A stretch of 60,737 bases of DNA. It comes from an uncultured Gammaproteobacteria bacterium (GTDB taxonomy: Bacteria; Patescibacteriota; Patescibacteriia; Magasanikbacterales; GWA2-37-8). The first letter of the stretch is position 1. Each line of letters begins with the position of its first letter. This document shows positions 27,374-36,833 of the stretch, piece by piece. A program made the translations under genes and the position numbers. The notes under the pieces were generated by a model, which was given only the letters and a program-made list of their open reading frames with translations, was not told the DNA's origin and searched no databases. Where the stretch lies: the NCBI GenBank assembly GCA_964407865.1, contig CAYOXC010000004.1, positions 1-60,737 of the forward strand, given 5' to 3'.

Positions 27374-29911
27374 ATGAATTATAATTTTGCCACGCAAACC
27401 GAAGCAGAAGTTTTTGATGAACTTAATTCTTCTGTTGAAGGTTTGTCGGAAAAAGAAGTTAAAAAACGACAGATTAAGCACGGGCCCAATGAGCTGAAGT
27501 CTGATCGCATGACACCGTTTAAAATATTGCTGCGCCAGTTGAGGTCGCCTTTTATTTATTTACTCCTTTTCGCAGCTTTTATCGCCATATTAATGGGTGA
27601 AATTGTTGACGGCATACTGGTTGTTGTTTTTGTTTTGATTAACACCATCCTTTCTTTTGTTCAGGAATACCATTCGGAAAGAACATTGATTTTTCTTAAA
27701 AAATATATAAAAGCAAATGCAAAAGTCCGCCGCAATGGTGTTGAAACGCTGATTGATACCCGTGATTTAGTACCGGGCGATTTATTGATTGTAGAAACTG
27801 GCGATGTTGTACCGGCCGATATTCGTCTCATTGAAATAAATAATTTGTCAGTCGATGAGTCGGTTATTACCGGAGAATCAGTTCCGATAAATAAAAAAGT
27901 TGTCGCATTAAAAAAGTTGCCTCAGAGCGCAATCGGTTGTGATAATATTGTTTTTTCCGCCACAACCATTACGAGCGGCAAAGGTATTGGCATTGTAATA
28001 TCCATCGGTAGCTCAGCCCTAATCGGTGAGATGGCTCGATTAACAACAGAAACTAAACGGGTCAGCACTTTTGAAAAAGGTATCTCGCATTTCAGCTCTT
28101 TTATTTTACGAATGATTAGTTTTATTGTCGTTTTGTTATTTATAACTAATATATTAATTAAAGGCGACAACACTAATTTTCCTGAACTGGTGCTATTTTG
28201 TGTCGCTTTAACAGTCGGTGTTATTCCCGAAGCCTTGCCGGTAGTTACGACATTATCTTTTTCTCGCGGAGCGATTCGTTTGGCTCGTCGCAAAGTGGTT
28301 GTTCGTCGCTTATCAGCAGTTGAAGATCTTGGTAGTATTGAGGTTTTATGCACCGATAAAACAGGAACGATAACTGAAAATAGTCTAAAAGTATTTAAAT
28401 TAAACGCAAAGAATAAAAATCATTGTCTGCGCGGGGCAGCATTGGCTGCTTCGTTTTTAGGCGAAGGCGAATCAGAGCCAAATAATGCATTTGATATCGC
28501 TATTTGGGGCGCTGTTAGTAAACAGATTAAAGGGTATGTAAAACGGAGTAGGCGGATATTTGAATTGCCATTTGATCCAAAAAGGCGACACAATAGTGTT
28601 TTAGTTGAAAATGGCGGCAAACAGTGGATTATTGTTCGCGGTGCTCCAGAATCAATATTGCCTTTGTGTTTAGGTTTGAATGAAAATCAAATTACTCAGT
28701 TAAATAATTGGTTAATAAACGAAGGTCAGAACGGAAGACGAGTGATAGCAGTTGCAGAAAAAGAAACAAGAAGTATAAAATCTTATAAAATAGCAGACGA
28801 AAAAAATGTAAAATTTATTGGATTCATTTCTTTTAATGATCCTATAAAGAAAACAACGCGTTCGGCTATTAGCCAGGCGAATAAATTAAACGTGCAGGTA
28901 AAAATTTTAACAGGAGACAGCAAAGAGGTGGCTGGTGCGGTGGCTAAAGAAATTGGTTTAATAGCTGATTCAAACGATGTTATTACTGGCGATGAGTTGA
29001 TGTCAATGACCCTGATAAAAAGACAGGCTGCGGTTGAACGATATGCAGTTTTTGCTCGCGTGACGCCAGAACAGAAACATAAAATAATCGCCTTGTTGCA
29101 GAAAAAATATGAAGTTGGATTTCTGGGAGAAGGCATAAACGACGCACCGGCACTCAAGTTGGCCAATGTTGCCCTGGCAGTAAATGGCGCTTCCGATATC
29201 GCTCGCGAAGCTTCAGATATAATTCTTTTAAACCCCAGTCTGTCTGTAATTATTGAAGGGATCAAATGTGGACGTGAAATATTTGCAAATACTGTGAAGT
29301 ATTTAAAAATTACTTTAATTTCAAATTTTGGAAATTTTTACGCCATTGCCATTGCCTCATTAATCATTGCTTATTTACCAATGCTTCCAGTGCAAATTCT
29401 TTTGTTAAATTTGCTTTCTGATTTTCCGATGATTGCCATTGCCATGGATACGGTAGATCGCTCCGAACTCCGTCGGCCACGAACCTATAACATTCGAGAA
29501 GTAGTTCTTATGGCAATTATTTTGGGCCTGGTCAGCACTGTATTTGATTTTATTTTCTTTGCTCTTTTTATAAATCGCGAGCCGGCGATTTTACAAACAG
29601 GTTGGTTTATTGGCAGTGTGGTAACCGAGCTGGCCCTTATTTATTCCATTCGCACTAGAGTAGTATTTTGGCGAGCGAAGTTCCCTTCATTTATATTATT
29701 ATTTTTAAGCATTAGCGCTATCGCAGTTGCTGTAATATTGCCGTTTACTTCGTTTGGACAAGAACTTTTCAGATTTGCCGTGCTTCGGGTCGGTGATTTT
29801 ATCATGATTGGAATTGTCATGGTCGCTTATTTTGTTTGTACGGAGATTATCAAAAGGCAGTACTATCGCAAAGTTGAGGAAAACAATGGGTTTAATCATA
29901 ATACGGCTTGA
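27374..29911 (+). CDS. Cation-transporting P-type ATPase (MgtA/PacL-like)
   Basis: TGES, PEALP, DKTGT phosphorylation motif, TGD, 'GEGINDAPAL', 'SNFGN'. Confidence 0.9.
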   Translation: MNYNFATQTEAEVFDELNSSVEGLSEKEVKKRQIKHGPNELKSDRMTPFKILLRQLRSPFIYLLLFAAFIAILMGEIVDGILVVVFVLINTILSFVQEYHSERTLIFLKKYIKANAKVRRNGVETLIDTRDLVPGDLLIVETGDVVPADIRLIEINNLSVDESVITGESVPINKKVVALKKLPQSAIGCDNIVFSATTITSGKGIGIVISIGSSALIGEMARLTTETKRVSTFEKGISHFSSFILRMISFIVVLLFITNILIKGDNTNFPELVLFCVALTVGVIPEALPVVTTLSFSRGAIRLARRKVVVRRLSAVEDLGSIEVLCTDKTGTITENSLKVFKLNAKNKNHCLRGAALAASFLGEGESEPNNAFDIAIWGAVSKQIKGYVKRSRRIFELPFDPKRRHNSVLVENGGKQWIIVRGAPESILPLCLGLNENQITQLNNWLINEGQNGRRVIAVAEKETRSIKSYKIADEKNVKFIGFISFNDPIKKTTRSAISQANKLNVQVKILTGDSKEVAGAVAKEIGLIADSNDVITGDELMSMTLIKRQAAVERYAVFARVTPEQKHKIIALLQKKYEVGFLGEGINDAPALKLANVALAVNGASDIAREASDIILLNPSLSVIIEGIKCGREIFANTVKYLKITLISNFGNFYAIAIASLIIAYLPMLPVQILLLNLLSDFPMIAIAMDTVDRSELRRPRTYNIREVVLMAIILGLVSTVFDFIFFALFINREPAILQTGWFIGSVVTELALIYSIRTRVVFWRAKFPSFILLFLSISAIAVAVILPFTSFGQELFRFAVLRVGDFIMIGIVMVAYFVCTEIIKRQYYRKVEENNGFNHNTA

Positions 29912-29936
29912 CAAAACAAGGTTTTTTAGCTAAAAT
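29908..29936 (+). promoter_or_regulatory. Sigma70-type promoter for tRNA-Gly(GCC)/tRNA-fMet, overlapping the ATPase stop codon
   Basis: TTGACA-N17-TAAAAT. Confidence 0.75.
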
Positions 29937-29950
29937 GATAAACACAAAAT

Positions 29951-30023
<73 letters not shown>

Positions 30024-30036
30024 CTCACAGCAATAT

Positions 30037-30109
30037 AGCGGGGTAGAGCAATTGGCAGCTCGTCGGGCCCATAACCCGAAGGTTCCCGGTTCAAGTCCGG
30101 GCCCCGCAA
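30037..30109 (+). tRNA. Initiator tRNA-fMet(CAT), CCA not encoded
   Basis: Anticodon CAT, three consecutive G-C pairs in the anticodon stem, 1:72 mismatch, A11:U24. Confidence 0.93.
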
Positions 30110-30111
30110 CT

Positions 30112-30149
30112 AAAATAAATATCTCCGCTTTGGCGGAGATATTTATTTT
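30112..30149. terminator. Bidirectional hairpin immediately after tRNA-fMet
   Basis: aaaataaatatctccgc-tttg-gcggagatatttatttt. Confidence 0.75.
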
Positions 30150-30157
30150 GATTATGA

Positions 30158-30295
30158 CCCGGACTTGAACCGGGAAAGGGAGAAAACGGGAGTTTTCTCT
30201 TGCTGAGGAAAGTCCACGAAAACCCGAAGGTTTTCGTGAGCGCAGCCCCGACGTTAAGTCGGGGCGAGCAGTGAAATGTTCGGGCCCCGCAACCA
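30158..30295 (+). mobile_element. tRNA-tailored structured element, fMet copy
   Basis: Begins cccggacttgaaccgggaa (antisense of the fMet T-arm), has the same core as the Gly copy, and ends gttcgggccccgcaacca (fMet 3' end). Confidence 0.6.
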
Positions 30296-30403
30296 CGTAT
30301 AATCGATTTAATAAATACCGGCGTAAAAAGCCGGTATTTATTAAATCAATACGTGGCCGCGTGGCGAGCCAAATAATGGCGAGCCTATACGCGGCTAGAT
30401 AGT

Positions 30404-30661
30404 ATGTATTTTGTCTATTTACTTAAATCTCAAGTTGACGGCGGATGGTATATTGGATATACCCATGATTTGCGTCAACGCTTGCAGGAGCACATTAAGG
30501 GTTACAGCAAATCAACAAAATTAAGGAGACCTTTTCGATTGATATATTATGAATGCTATTTAGATAGGCGAGACGCAATGGGTAGAGAAAAATTTTTAAA
30601 AAGCGGGGCAGGAAGAATATATTTACGTAAGCAGTTATTTCATTTTCTGGACAGAAGTTAG
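30404..30661 (+). CDS. Small GIY-YIG endonuclease (UPF0213-like)
   Basis: 'YFVYLL...WYIGYTHDLRQRLQEH...REKFLKSG', with the catalytic Tyr/Arg/Glu positions present. Confidence 0.9.
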   Translation: MYFVYLLKSQVDGGWYIGYTHDLRQRLQEHIKGYSKSTKLRRPFRLIYYECYLDRRDAMGREKFLKSGAGRIYLRKQLFHFLDRS

Positions 30662-30673
30662 TACTTAACTAAG

Positions 30674-30709
30674 CGGGGTGAGCAGTGAAATGTCCGGGCC
30701 CCGCAACTA
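30674..30709 (+). repeat. Second copy of the element right end plus fMet 3' end (36-bp direct repeat of 30260-30295)
   Basis: cggggtgagcagtgaaatgtccgggccccgcaacta vs cggggcgagcagtgaaatgttcgggccccgcaacca (3 mismatches). Confidence 0.9.
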
Positions 30710-30746
30710 ATTTAAAACCCCCAGCTTGTTGCTGGGGGTTTTAAAT
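30710..30746. terminator. Bidirectional terminator
   Basis: atttaaaacccccagc-ttgtt-gctgggggttttaaat. Confidence 0.75.
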
Positions 30747-30755
30747 ATTTTAATT

Positions 30756-31808
30756 TTAATTCCTGTCTAAATGTTTTTTATAGTGAGAGTCGTACATTTC
30801 CCAAAAAGCCATCATTAGTGATGCTATAACCGGACCGATGATGAATCCAGCTACGCCAAATACAACTATGCCGCCCAATGTAGAGAGTAAAACCAAAAGC
30901 GGATGCATTTGAGAATCTTTTCCCACAAGAATCGGACGGATAATATTATCAATTGTGCCGATAACCAAAGAGCCAAACAGAATCATGCCAATTCCAGCCC
31001 AAGTTCTGCCGCTTATTAGCATCACAATTGCAGCAGGTAGCCAGATAAAATATGAACCAAGAGCGGGGATTGAAGCTACTAAAACCATTAAGATACCCCA
31101 GATAACCGCTCCTTTTATTCCAACCAAAGCAAACATGATTCCACCGAGCGCACCCTGTATTAGACCGACAATCAATGAGCCTTTTATTGTTGCCCGAGCT
31201 GTTGAGGTAAATTTGTTATACAATAGTTTTTCCTGTTCATCACCGAGAGGGCAGAGGTGCATCAACTTATGCAATAGCTTTTCTCCGTCGCGGATAAAAT
31301 AGAATAAAGTATAAAAAGTAACAAAAAACATTATGCCAAAAATAATTGTATTTTGCGTTATATCTTTTGCGCTTTTAAGAAGAAATGAGCTTATCGCTTG
31401 TCCGAGTTCAGCAAATTTTTCTGCAATGGCATTTTCGTTGATATTAAACTGAGCGGTGTAGGGATTTTGTTTTACCCATTCAACCGCTTGGATAATATTA
31501 CTTTTAACTTGTGCGCCATTATGGGTAAACGAAGTATAAAGTTCAATTGACTCTCTTATAACAAGCGTACTAATTAATATGAAAGGAACAACAATTATAA
31601 TGATGATAAGCATCATTGTAATTGCTGTGCTTAAGTTTGGTACTTTTATTTTTCCATTAATTAACTTATAAACAGGGTAAAAAACCCCAGCTAATACTGC
31701 TGCCCAAAAAATCGGATAGGCAAATTCCTTAATAATAATAAGGAATACCAGTGACACAAAAGCCAACAGTCCGATAAAGAGAAAGTTGCGAATTTTAGAA
31801 AAATCCAT
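30756..31808 (-). CDS. AI-2E family transporter
   Basis: 'FYTLFYFIRDG', 'IPALGS..IWLP', 'IDNIIRPILVG...HPLLVLLSTLGG...G..GFIIGP'. Confidence 0.88.
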   Translation of the reverse strand: MDFSKIRNFLFIGLLAFVSLVFLIIIKEFAYPIFWAAVLAGVFYPVYKLINGKIKVPNLSTAITMMLIIIIIVVPFILISTLVIRESIELYTSFTHNGAQVKSNIIQAVEWVKQNPYTAQFNINENAIAEKFAELGQAISSFLLKSAKDITQNTIIFGIMFFVTFYTLFYFIRDGEKLLHKLMHLCPLGDEQEKLLYNKFTSTARATIKGSLIVGLIQGALGGIMFALVGIKGAVIWGILMVLVASIPALGSYFIWLPAAIVMLISGRTWAGIGMILFGSLVIGTIDNIIRPILVGKDSQMHPLLVLLSTLGGIVVFGVAGFIIGPVIASLMMAFWEMYDSHYKKHLDRN

Positions 31809-31854
31809 AGTGATATGTTTTAGCTTATAATAATGTTATTTTACCAATTTCAGA

Positions 31855-33279
31855 CTAGTTAGGCAATTGTCTGCCGCGGCCGATAATTATCCGGAGAGTT
31901 TCACGGGAAACGACCCTGAAAAGCAATATAAGAATTGAATACGAAGCTATGCCGATAAAAATTGATATAAAAATATTAAGAGGCTGAATTGTCCAGACTA
32001 AAAATCCCATTGCCGTGCTGGCGATTATTATTTTTATAAACGCTCCCAACCGAGGCCAAAAGCCGGAAAAAATTCCAGCCAATATTAAAAGACCAATACC
32101 AGCGTATATTTCCGAACCAACTCTGACCCAAGCAGCGCCGATGCCGCCGAGCATTGGTATAAAAATAAAATAGGCGATAACGGCCAATATGGCATCTGAC
32201 AAATATATCCATAGCGCCTGCTTTTGTCGTCCAATAGCTAGATTTATGTAGCCGAACACAGTACCAAAAAGCATTCCGGCTATAAGCAAAATTTGAATCC
32301 GTAAAAATCCGCCTGAAGCGGCAAAATCAGCTCCAGCGACAAAGCGCATAATTGGTTCGGCTAACGCTAATGTACCGGCAATGATTGGTAAAAGGAAAAG
32401 CGACATTAAATCAAAACCGCGCTGGGACTGTTTGATAAAATTTTCTTTTTGGTTGCGCGAATAGGCAAAGGCGATTAGAGGCAGAAGCATGCCCATTAGC
32501 ATAGTCGCTACCTGCATACTGATATCGATCACTCGGTAGGCCGCGCCATATAATCCTACTTCTATTTGACTGGCATAAAGTGGCAGTATTAGTCGGTCGC
32601 CTTGCAAATAAAAGCAATTAAAAATAACTGCCAAAGCTACTGGCCAGAGTTTTTTAAAAATTGCTTTACTGATTGGTCGATCTATTTCTAAGCGGATAGG
32701 TTCGGCTTTAAACCAGAGATATCCGGTATAGGCGAATGAGCCGAGTGTAATCACTGCCATCATAGCCAAAAACCCAGAATTGCTTATTGAGACAAAAGTT
32801 AAGCCTGCCACTAGAACAATTCGACCGATGACTTCACCAATTGCCTGAATGTGAAGGGCTAATTTAGTTTGGTAATAGGCAATCAACACTTGGTTCAGAG
32901 AAACGCCTATAAATGACATGGCCATAATCACCACTGCCCATTTGATTGGTGCGGGATAAGGAAAGAAAAATATTGTTAGCGGCACAAGTCCTTGAGCAAT
33001 AAGGGCAGTAAAAAGGCGCCAGGTAAAAAGATTGTTGAGTAGTTTGGTTTTATTGTGCGCAGGTTCGGATAGCATGCTGGCTGTAATTACAGTAAAGCCA
33101 AAATCAGTAAAAATTCCAATAAATTGCAGAAAGCCAACGGCCGTGGCATACCAGCCAAATTTTTCTACCCCAAGAGAGCGGGTCATTATGGCAATAGCAA
33201 TCAACCCTAAGGCCGTACTTATTATTTTTCCGGCAAATTGCCAAATAGTATTTTGCGCGATTTTTCTAACTTCGTTCAT
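31855..33279 (-). CDS. Polysaccharide flippase (Wzx/RfbX family)
   Basis: 'KIAQNTIWQFAGKIIS', 'DFGF', 'VGLYGAAYRV', ~12-14 TM segments. Confidence 0.85.
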   Translation of the reverse strand: MNEVRKIAQNTIWQFAGKIISTALGLIAIAIMTRSLGVEKFGWYATAVGFLQFIGIFTDFGFTVITASMLSEPAHNKTKLLNNLFTWRLFTALIAQGLVPLTIFFFPYPAPIKWAVVIMAMSFIGVSLNQVLIAYYQTKLALHIQAIGEVIGRIVLVAGLTFVSISNSGFLAMMAVITLGSFAYTGYLWFKAEPIRLEIDRPISKAIFKKLWPVALAVIFNCFYLQGDRLILPLYASQIEVGLYGAAYRVIDISMQVATMLMGMLLPLIAFAYSRNQKENFIKQSQRGFDLMSLFLLPIIAGTLALAEPIMRFVAGADFAASGGFLRIQILLIAGMLFGTVFGYINLAIGRQKQALWIYLSDAILAVIAYFIFIPMLGGIGAAWVRVGSEIYAGIGLLILAGIFSGFWPRLGAFIKIIIASTAMGFLVWTIQPLNIFISIFIGIASYSILILLFRVVSRETLRIIIGRGRQLPN

Positions 33280-33308
33280 ATAATAATTATTACTGCGATT
33301 ATATCATA

Positions 33309-33410
33309 TTTACCCTGTTAAATAAATTCTGTTTATTTTTATTATAAATAAATCACACCTAATTCGGTTGCGTTTAAATTACCTAAAAATTTATTATTTA
33401 ATAGGGTGAA
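33309..33410. repeat. Inverted pair of the TTTACCCTGTTAAATAA motif
   Basis: tttaccctgttaaataa (33309-33325) and ttatttaatagggtgaa (33394-33410). Confidence 0.65.
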
Positions 33411-33544
33411 CTGCTTGTTTAGCCATTTTATTTACTTATATTTTGGGGGCTGACAATATAAAAAAATCGTGCTATCATTACCAGTGTTTCTGTAACAAAT
33501 ATCACATTCAATCGTTAATAGTATTTAGGTAGTGAAAGCTATTT

Positions 33545-35737
33545 ATGAAATATTTATATTCAAAATTAATTTTGATTTTAATAGCGTTTTTTAGCGCCTT
33601 GTTTTTGCATGTACCAACAACTCAAGCGCTTGATTTTGCACCCCCGCCATTTAAAGATTTAAGCTATGAAGGAGCGTATGTGGGGCAGACCGTGGCTGAC
33701 CCGATTACTATTGAGGCCGGTGCGACCAAAGAGTTGGTGATAAAGATTAAGAATACTGGCGATGCAACTTGGAATAATACTGGCGCCAATTATGTTTCCG
33801 CTTATACAGTAAATACAAATTATCGGGCCAGCGATTTCGCTTCATCAAATTGGCTTTCTAAAAGTCAGCCGGCAAAAATTTCTGCCATCACCAAACCTGG
33901 GGCGGTAGCTGAAATTAAAATTAAATTAACCGCTCCTAGCAAGATTGGCGACTATAAAGAAGATTTTTATTTAGCAGCTGAAAATTTAACCTGGATTAAA
34001 TCCAGTTATTTTTATTTAAAAATTAAAGTGGTGGCTGCTGGCGCTTCAACCGTTCAATCGCAAACCACTGCCAGTGCCGCAGCACAGTCAATCGTTTATA
34101 ATTTTACTCGCGATCTAGAGTTAGGCATGAGTGGACCAGATGTAAAAGAGCTGCAAAAATATTTAAACAGCAACGGCTTTACGATTGCTAGTTCTGGCGC
34201 TGGTTCGACTGGCAATGAAACAACTTTGTTCGGATCACTAACTAAAAGCGCTTTAATAAAATTTCAGATAGCTAAGAAAATATCTCCAGCTGTTGGATAT
34301 TTCGGGCCGGTTACACGAAATGCGATTAATAAAACTATTGTTGCTTCCTCCGCCACAGCTTCAGAAACCAGCGATAGCACGGCCGGTAATTCAGCGGAAG
34401 GAGAAAACGATCAGGCAGTTGAAATGTCCAAAGAGTATAAAGCTAATTTATTAGCTTTTTCCGCTAGAAAAGTTACTGCAACCGGCGGAGATGTTATAAA
34501 TTTCAAAGTTAGATATTTAAATATCGGCACAGTCACTTGGCAGGCATTTGCTTGGCAGGAGTCTGGCTCAACACATGAAGGCCAGGTAGCTTTGGCAGAA
34601 GTAGCGCACGTAGCCATTGCTGACCAAAGCTGGGTTAATGAAAAAAAGATTTTAGAAAAAACTGACACAATAGAGCCTGGCGAAGCGACCGATTTTGATT
34701 TTTCTTTTCGCGCACCGAGGTATAAAGGTGAATACATTGCCCGTTTTCAGCTAACAGCCAATAGCTATACTTTAGACGGAGGCACTTTAGAATTGCCGGT
34801 TACTGTCACAGCTGATGCTCCGATAAATTATACTGAGCCAGTATTCGCCAATATCACAAACCGTCAATTAATTGCCGAGCCGAATATCCGCGTCGGGCTT
34901 TATAAAACAGATGCCACGGTTAAGTTTAAGTCACCTTTTTCATACCAGGCCTATACTGGTGGTATTTTTAAAGGTGAGATTCCGGCAAATGAACAGGTTG
35001 AGTTGAAGTATTTGGACGGTATCTATACTTTTACCGGCCCTTCATTATCGTTTAATACGAGAGAGCCGATCAGAATGATTCCGCGACAGAATGGCAGTCA
35101 TTTTATATTAGTAAATTATGATCGTCATGTTAGCTGGAAAGGCAGTTTAAATTTCAATGCTTATCGCGGTGTGATGGAATATAAATTTTCCAATAAAAGC
35201 AATATGCCTTGGGTGATAAATGAATTGCCTCTGGACGAATATGTTGCCGGTATCGGCGAAACATCAAATGGCGCGGCCATGGAATATATCAAAGCGATTC
35301 TGACAGCCGCCCGAACTTATGCCTATTATCATTTGAATAATGGCGTGCCAGCGGATCAGCGCACTTATGATGTTGTGGCGACTACGGCTGACCAGCTCTA
35401 TCTTGGATATAATTCAGAAGTACTAATGCCTCGTGTAGTTCAGGCAGCGCGATCCACCTATGGCGAAATGGTGACATATAAAGGGACGCCGGTGGTGACG
35501 CCGTATTTTGGACACTCAGACGGTAAAACACGTTTGTGGAGTCAGGTTTGGGGCGGGGTAGATAAACCATGGATTCAGCCGGTGGTATGTAAATATGATA
35601 TTGGACGAAGCATGTGGGGGCATGGTGTTGGCATGAGCGCGGCAGACGCGGCTCAAAGAGCTGATAAAGACGGCTGGACTTATGACCAATTGCTTAAATA
35701 TTACTATACTGGCGTCGATGTGGAGAGGATATATTAG
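33545..35737 (+). CDS. Secreted SpoIID/LytB-domain protein with peptidoglycan-binding and two NBR1-like Ig domains
   Basis: Signal peptide. 'RDLELGMSGPDVKELQKYLN' PG-binding domain. 'INELPLDEYVAGIGE...KAILTAARTYAY...DQLY' and 'GHGVGMS'. Confidence 0.8.
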   Translation: MKYLYSKLILILIAFFSALFLHVPTTQALDFAPPPFKDLSYEGAYVGQTVADPITIEAGATKELVIKIKNTGDATWNNTGANYVSAYTVNTNYRASDFASSNWLSKSQPAKISAITKPGAVAEIKIKLTAPSKIGDYKEDFYLAAENLTWIKSSYFYLKIKVVAAGASTVQSQTTASAAAQSIVYNFTRDLELGMSGPDVKELQKYLNSNGFTIASSGAGSTGNETTLFGSLTKSALIKFQIAKKISPAVGYFGPVTRNAINKTIVASSATASETSDSTAGNSAEGENDQAVEMSKEYKANLLAFSARKVTATGGDVINFKVRYLNIGTVTWQAFAWQESGSTHEGQVALAEVAHVAIADQSWVNEKKILEKTDTIEPGEATDFDFSFRAPRYKGEYIARFQLTANSYTLDGGTLELPVTVTADAPINYTEPVFANITNRQLIAEPNIRVGLYKTDATVKFKSPFSYQAYTGGIFKGEIPANEQVELKYLDGIYTFTGPSLSFNTREPIRMIPRQNGSHFILVNYDRHVSWKGSLNFNAYRGVMEYKFSNKSNMPWVINELPLDEYVAGIGETSNGAAMEYIKAILTAARTYAYYHLNNGVPADQRTYDVVATTADQLYLGYNSEVLMPRVVQAARSTYGEMVTYKGTPVVTPYFGHSDGKTRLWSQVWGGVDKPWIQPVVCKYDIGRSMWGHGVGMSAADAAQRADKDGWTYDQLLKYYYTGVDVERIY

Positions 35738-35814
35738 TAATTTGGAATTGATAACAATAAACTCCGGTTTTAATCCGGAGTTTTTAAATATAGAAATTTT
35801 CAGCTTTTTAACTT

Positions 35815-36351
35815 TTACTTATTATGATATTTCCTATCTTCTTCAGCCAGATGCAAAAGTTCTTGTCGCAAATGGTGCGGGTTGTGGATGTTATGAACAA
35901 CAAATTTTGGTACAGAACCTGCTGTTTGAATAATCAAATTTCCGTATTTGAACATGGTGGCAAAAAATCCATTTACTTCAGAAGTGACATCTTGAATTTG
36001 ATATAAATCTACTTCAGCGATAGTGCGAGAAAATAACCCGTTTTGTTCCATGTCTATTAGGCGGTCGTTGGTGACAATAAGTGTGTCCAAATAAAAATCA
36101 ATGAAATTTGAATAAAAAAATAAAATTATGCCGACAAAATAAGCGCTTCCAAGAAGTGTTAAAGCGACAAAAGCAGCATCTTTTTCAGTCCAGACAGATA
36201 TTTGGGGGCCTAAAACATAAAAAACAGCTAGGGGCAGTAATACCAAGACAATGAAAAACAAAAATATTGAGAAAAAAGTAATCGGATGGCGGCGAATGCG
36301 ATGCAGTATTTTTTCGTAAGATTTTTGACGGATGAAATGAGAAAGATTCAT
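35815..36351 (-). CDS. Membrane protein with bacterial PH domain (bPH_2-like)
   Basis: Two TM segments, then 'LIVTNDRLIDMEQNGLFSR...IQDVT...FKYGNLIIQTAG'. Start taken at MNLSH. Confidence 0.8.
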   Translation of the reverse strand: MNLSHFIRQKSYEKILHRIRRHPITFFSIFLFFIVLVLLPLAVFYVLGPQISVWTEKDAAFVALTLLGSAYFVGIILFFYSNFIDFYLDTLIVTNDRLIDMEQNGLFSRTIAEVDLYQIQDVTSEVNGFFATMFKYGNLIIQTAGSVPKFVVHNIHNPHHLRQELLHLAEEDRKYHNK

Positions 36352-36352
36352 A

Positions 36353-36550
36353 CCCAGTATATCAACTTTCAGAAGCAAACGCATATAAGCATTTGTTCTA
36401 AAAATAATTAAAAAAATTAATAAAAATGAAAAACTACTTTATTACTTCGTGTTTGCAGAATATTTTTTTTATCTAAATTTGATAAATTGATATAAATTAA
36501 TTTGATAGACTCATTTTAATATTATACACGCTGAAAGTTGTATATCTGGG
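36353..36550 (-). other. Stop-to-start inverted-repeat element, copy A (candidate structured leader RNA or MITE)
   Basis: 20-nt arms cccagatatacaactttcag / ctgaaagttgatatactggg. The right arm ends 1 nt before the ATG. Paralogous to 48467-48655. Confidence 0.6.
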
Positions 36551-36823
36551 TCATAGCGATTGGTTTATTGTAAATATTCCACCAAACCATTCCGGGTTAA
36601 ATATGGTTAAAGGTTCTGACCAATTAATTTGAGAAAGTATTTGATAAGTAAACCAGAGAACGATTATTAAGGCGACTATTACCAGTATGGATAAGAAATA
36701 ACTGAATAAACCAAGTGAGGCAGTGTGCATTAGGTGGCCAAAATTTACGAAAACAAAAAATGTGCAGGTGGCCAGATAAATAAAAAATATTATTAATAGG
36801 CTGTATAGGGGGATGGTCAACAT
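36551..36823 (-). CDS. Hypothetical small membrane protein (~90 aa)
   Basis: Two hydrophobic segments. Start taken at MLTIP, 10 nt after the ruvB stop. Confidence 0.6.
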   Translation of the reverse strand: MLTIPLYSLLIIFFIYLATCTFFVFVNFGHLMHTASLGLFSYFLSILVIVALIIVLWFTYQILSQINWSEPLTIFNPEWFGGIFTINQSL

Positions 36824-36833
36824 AAGAGTAAAA

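Noticed and set aside
36353-36550. c-di-GMP-I riboswitch (GCAAAC motif)
   Set aside because: It lacks the GNRA tetraloop/receptor and the second GCAAAG motif of the family.
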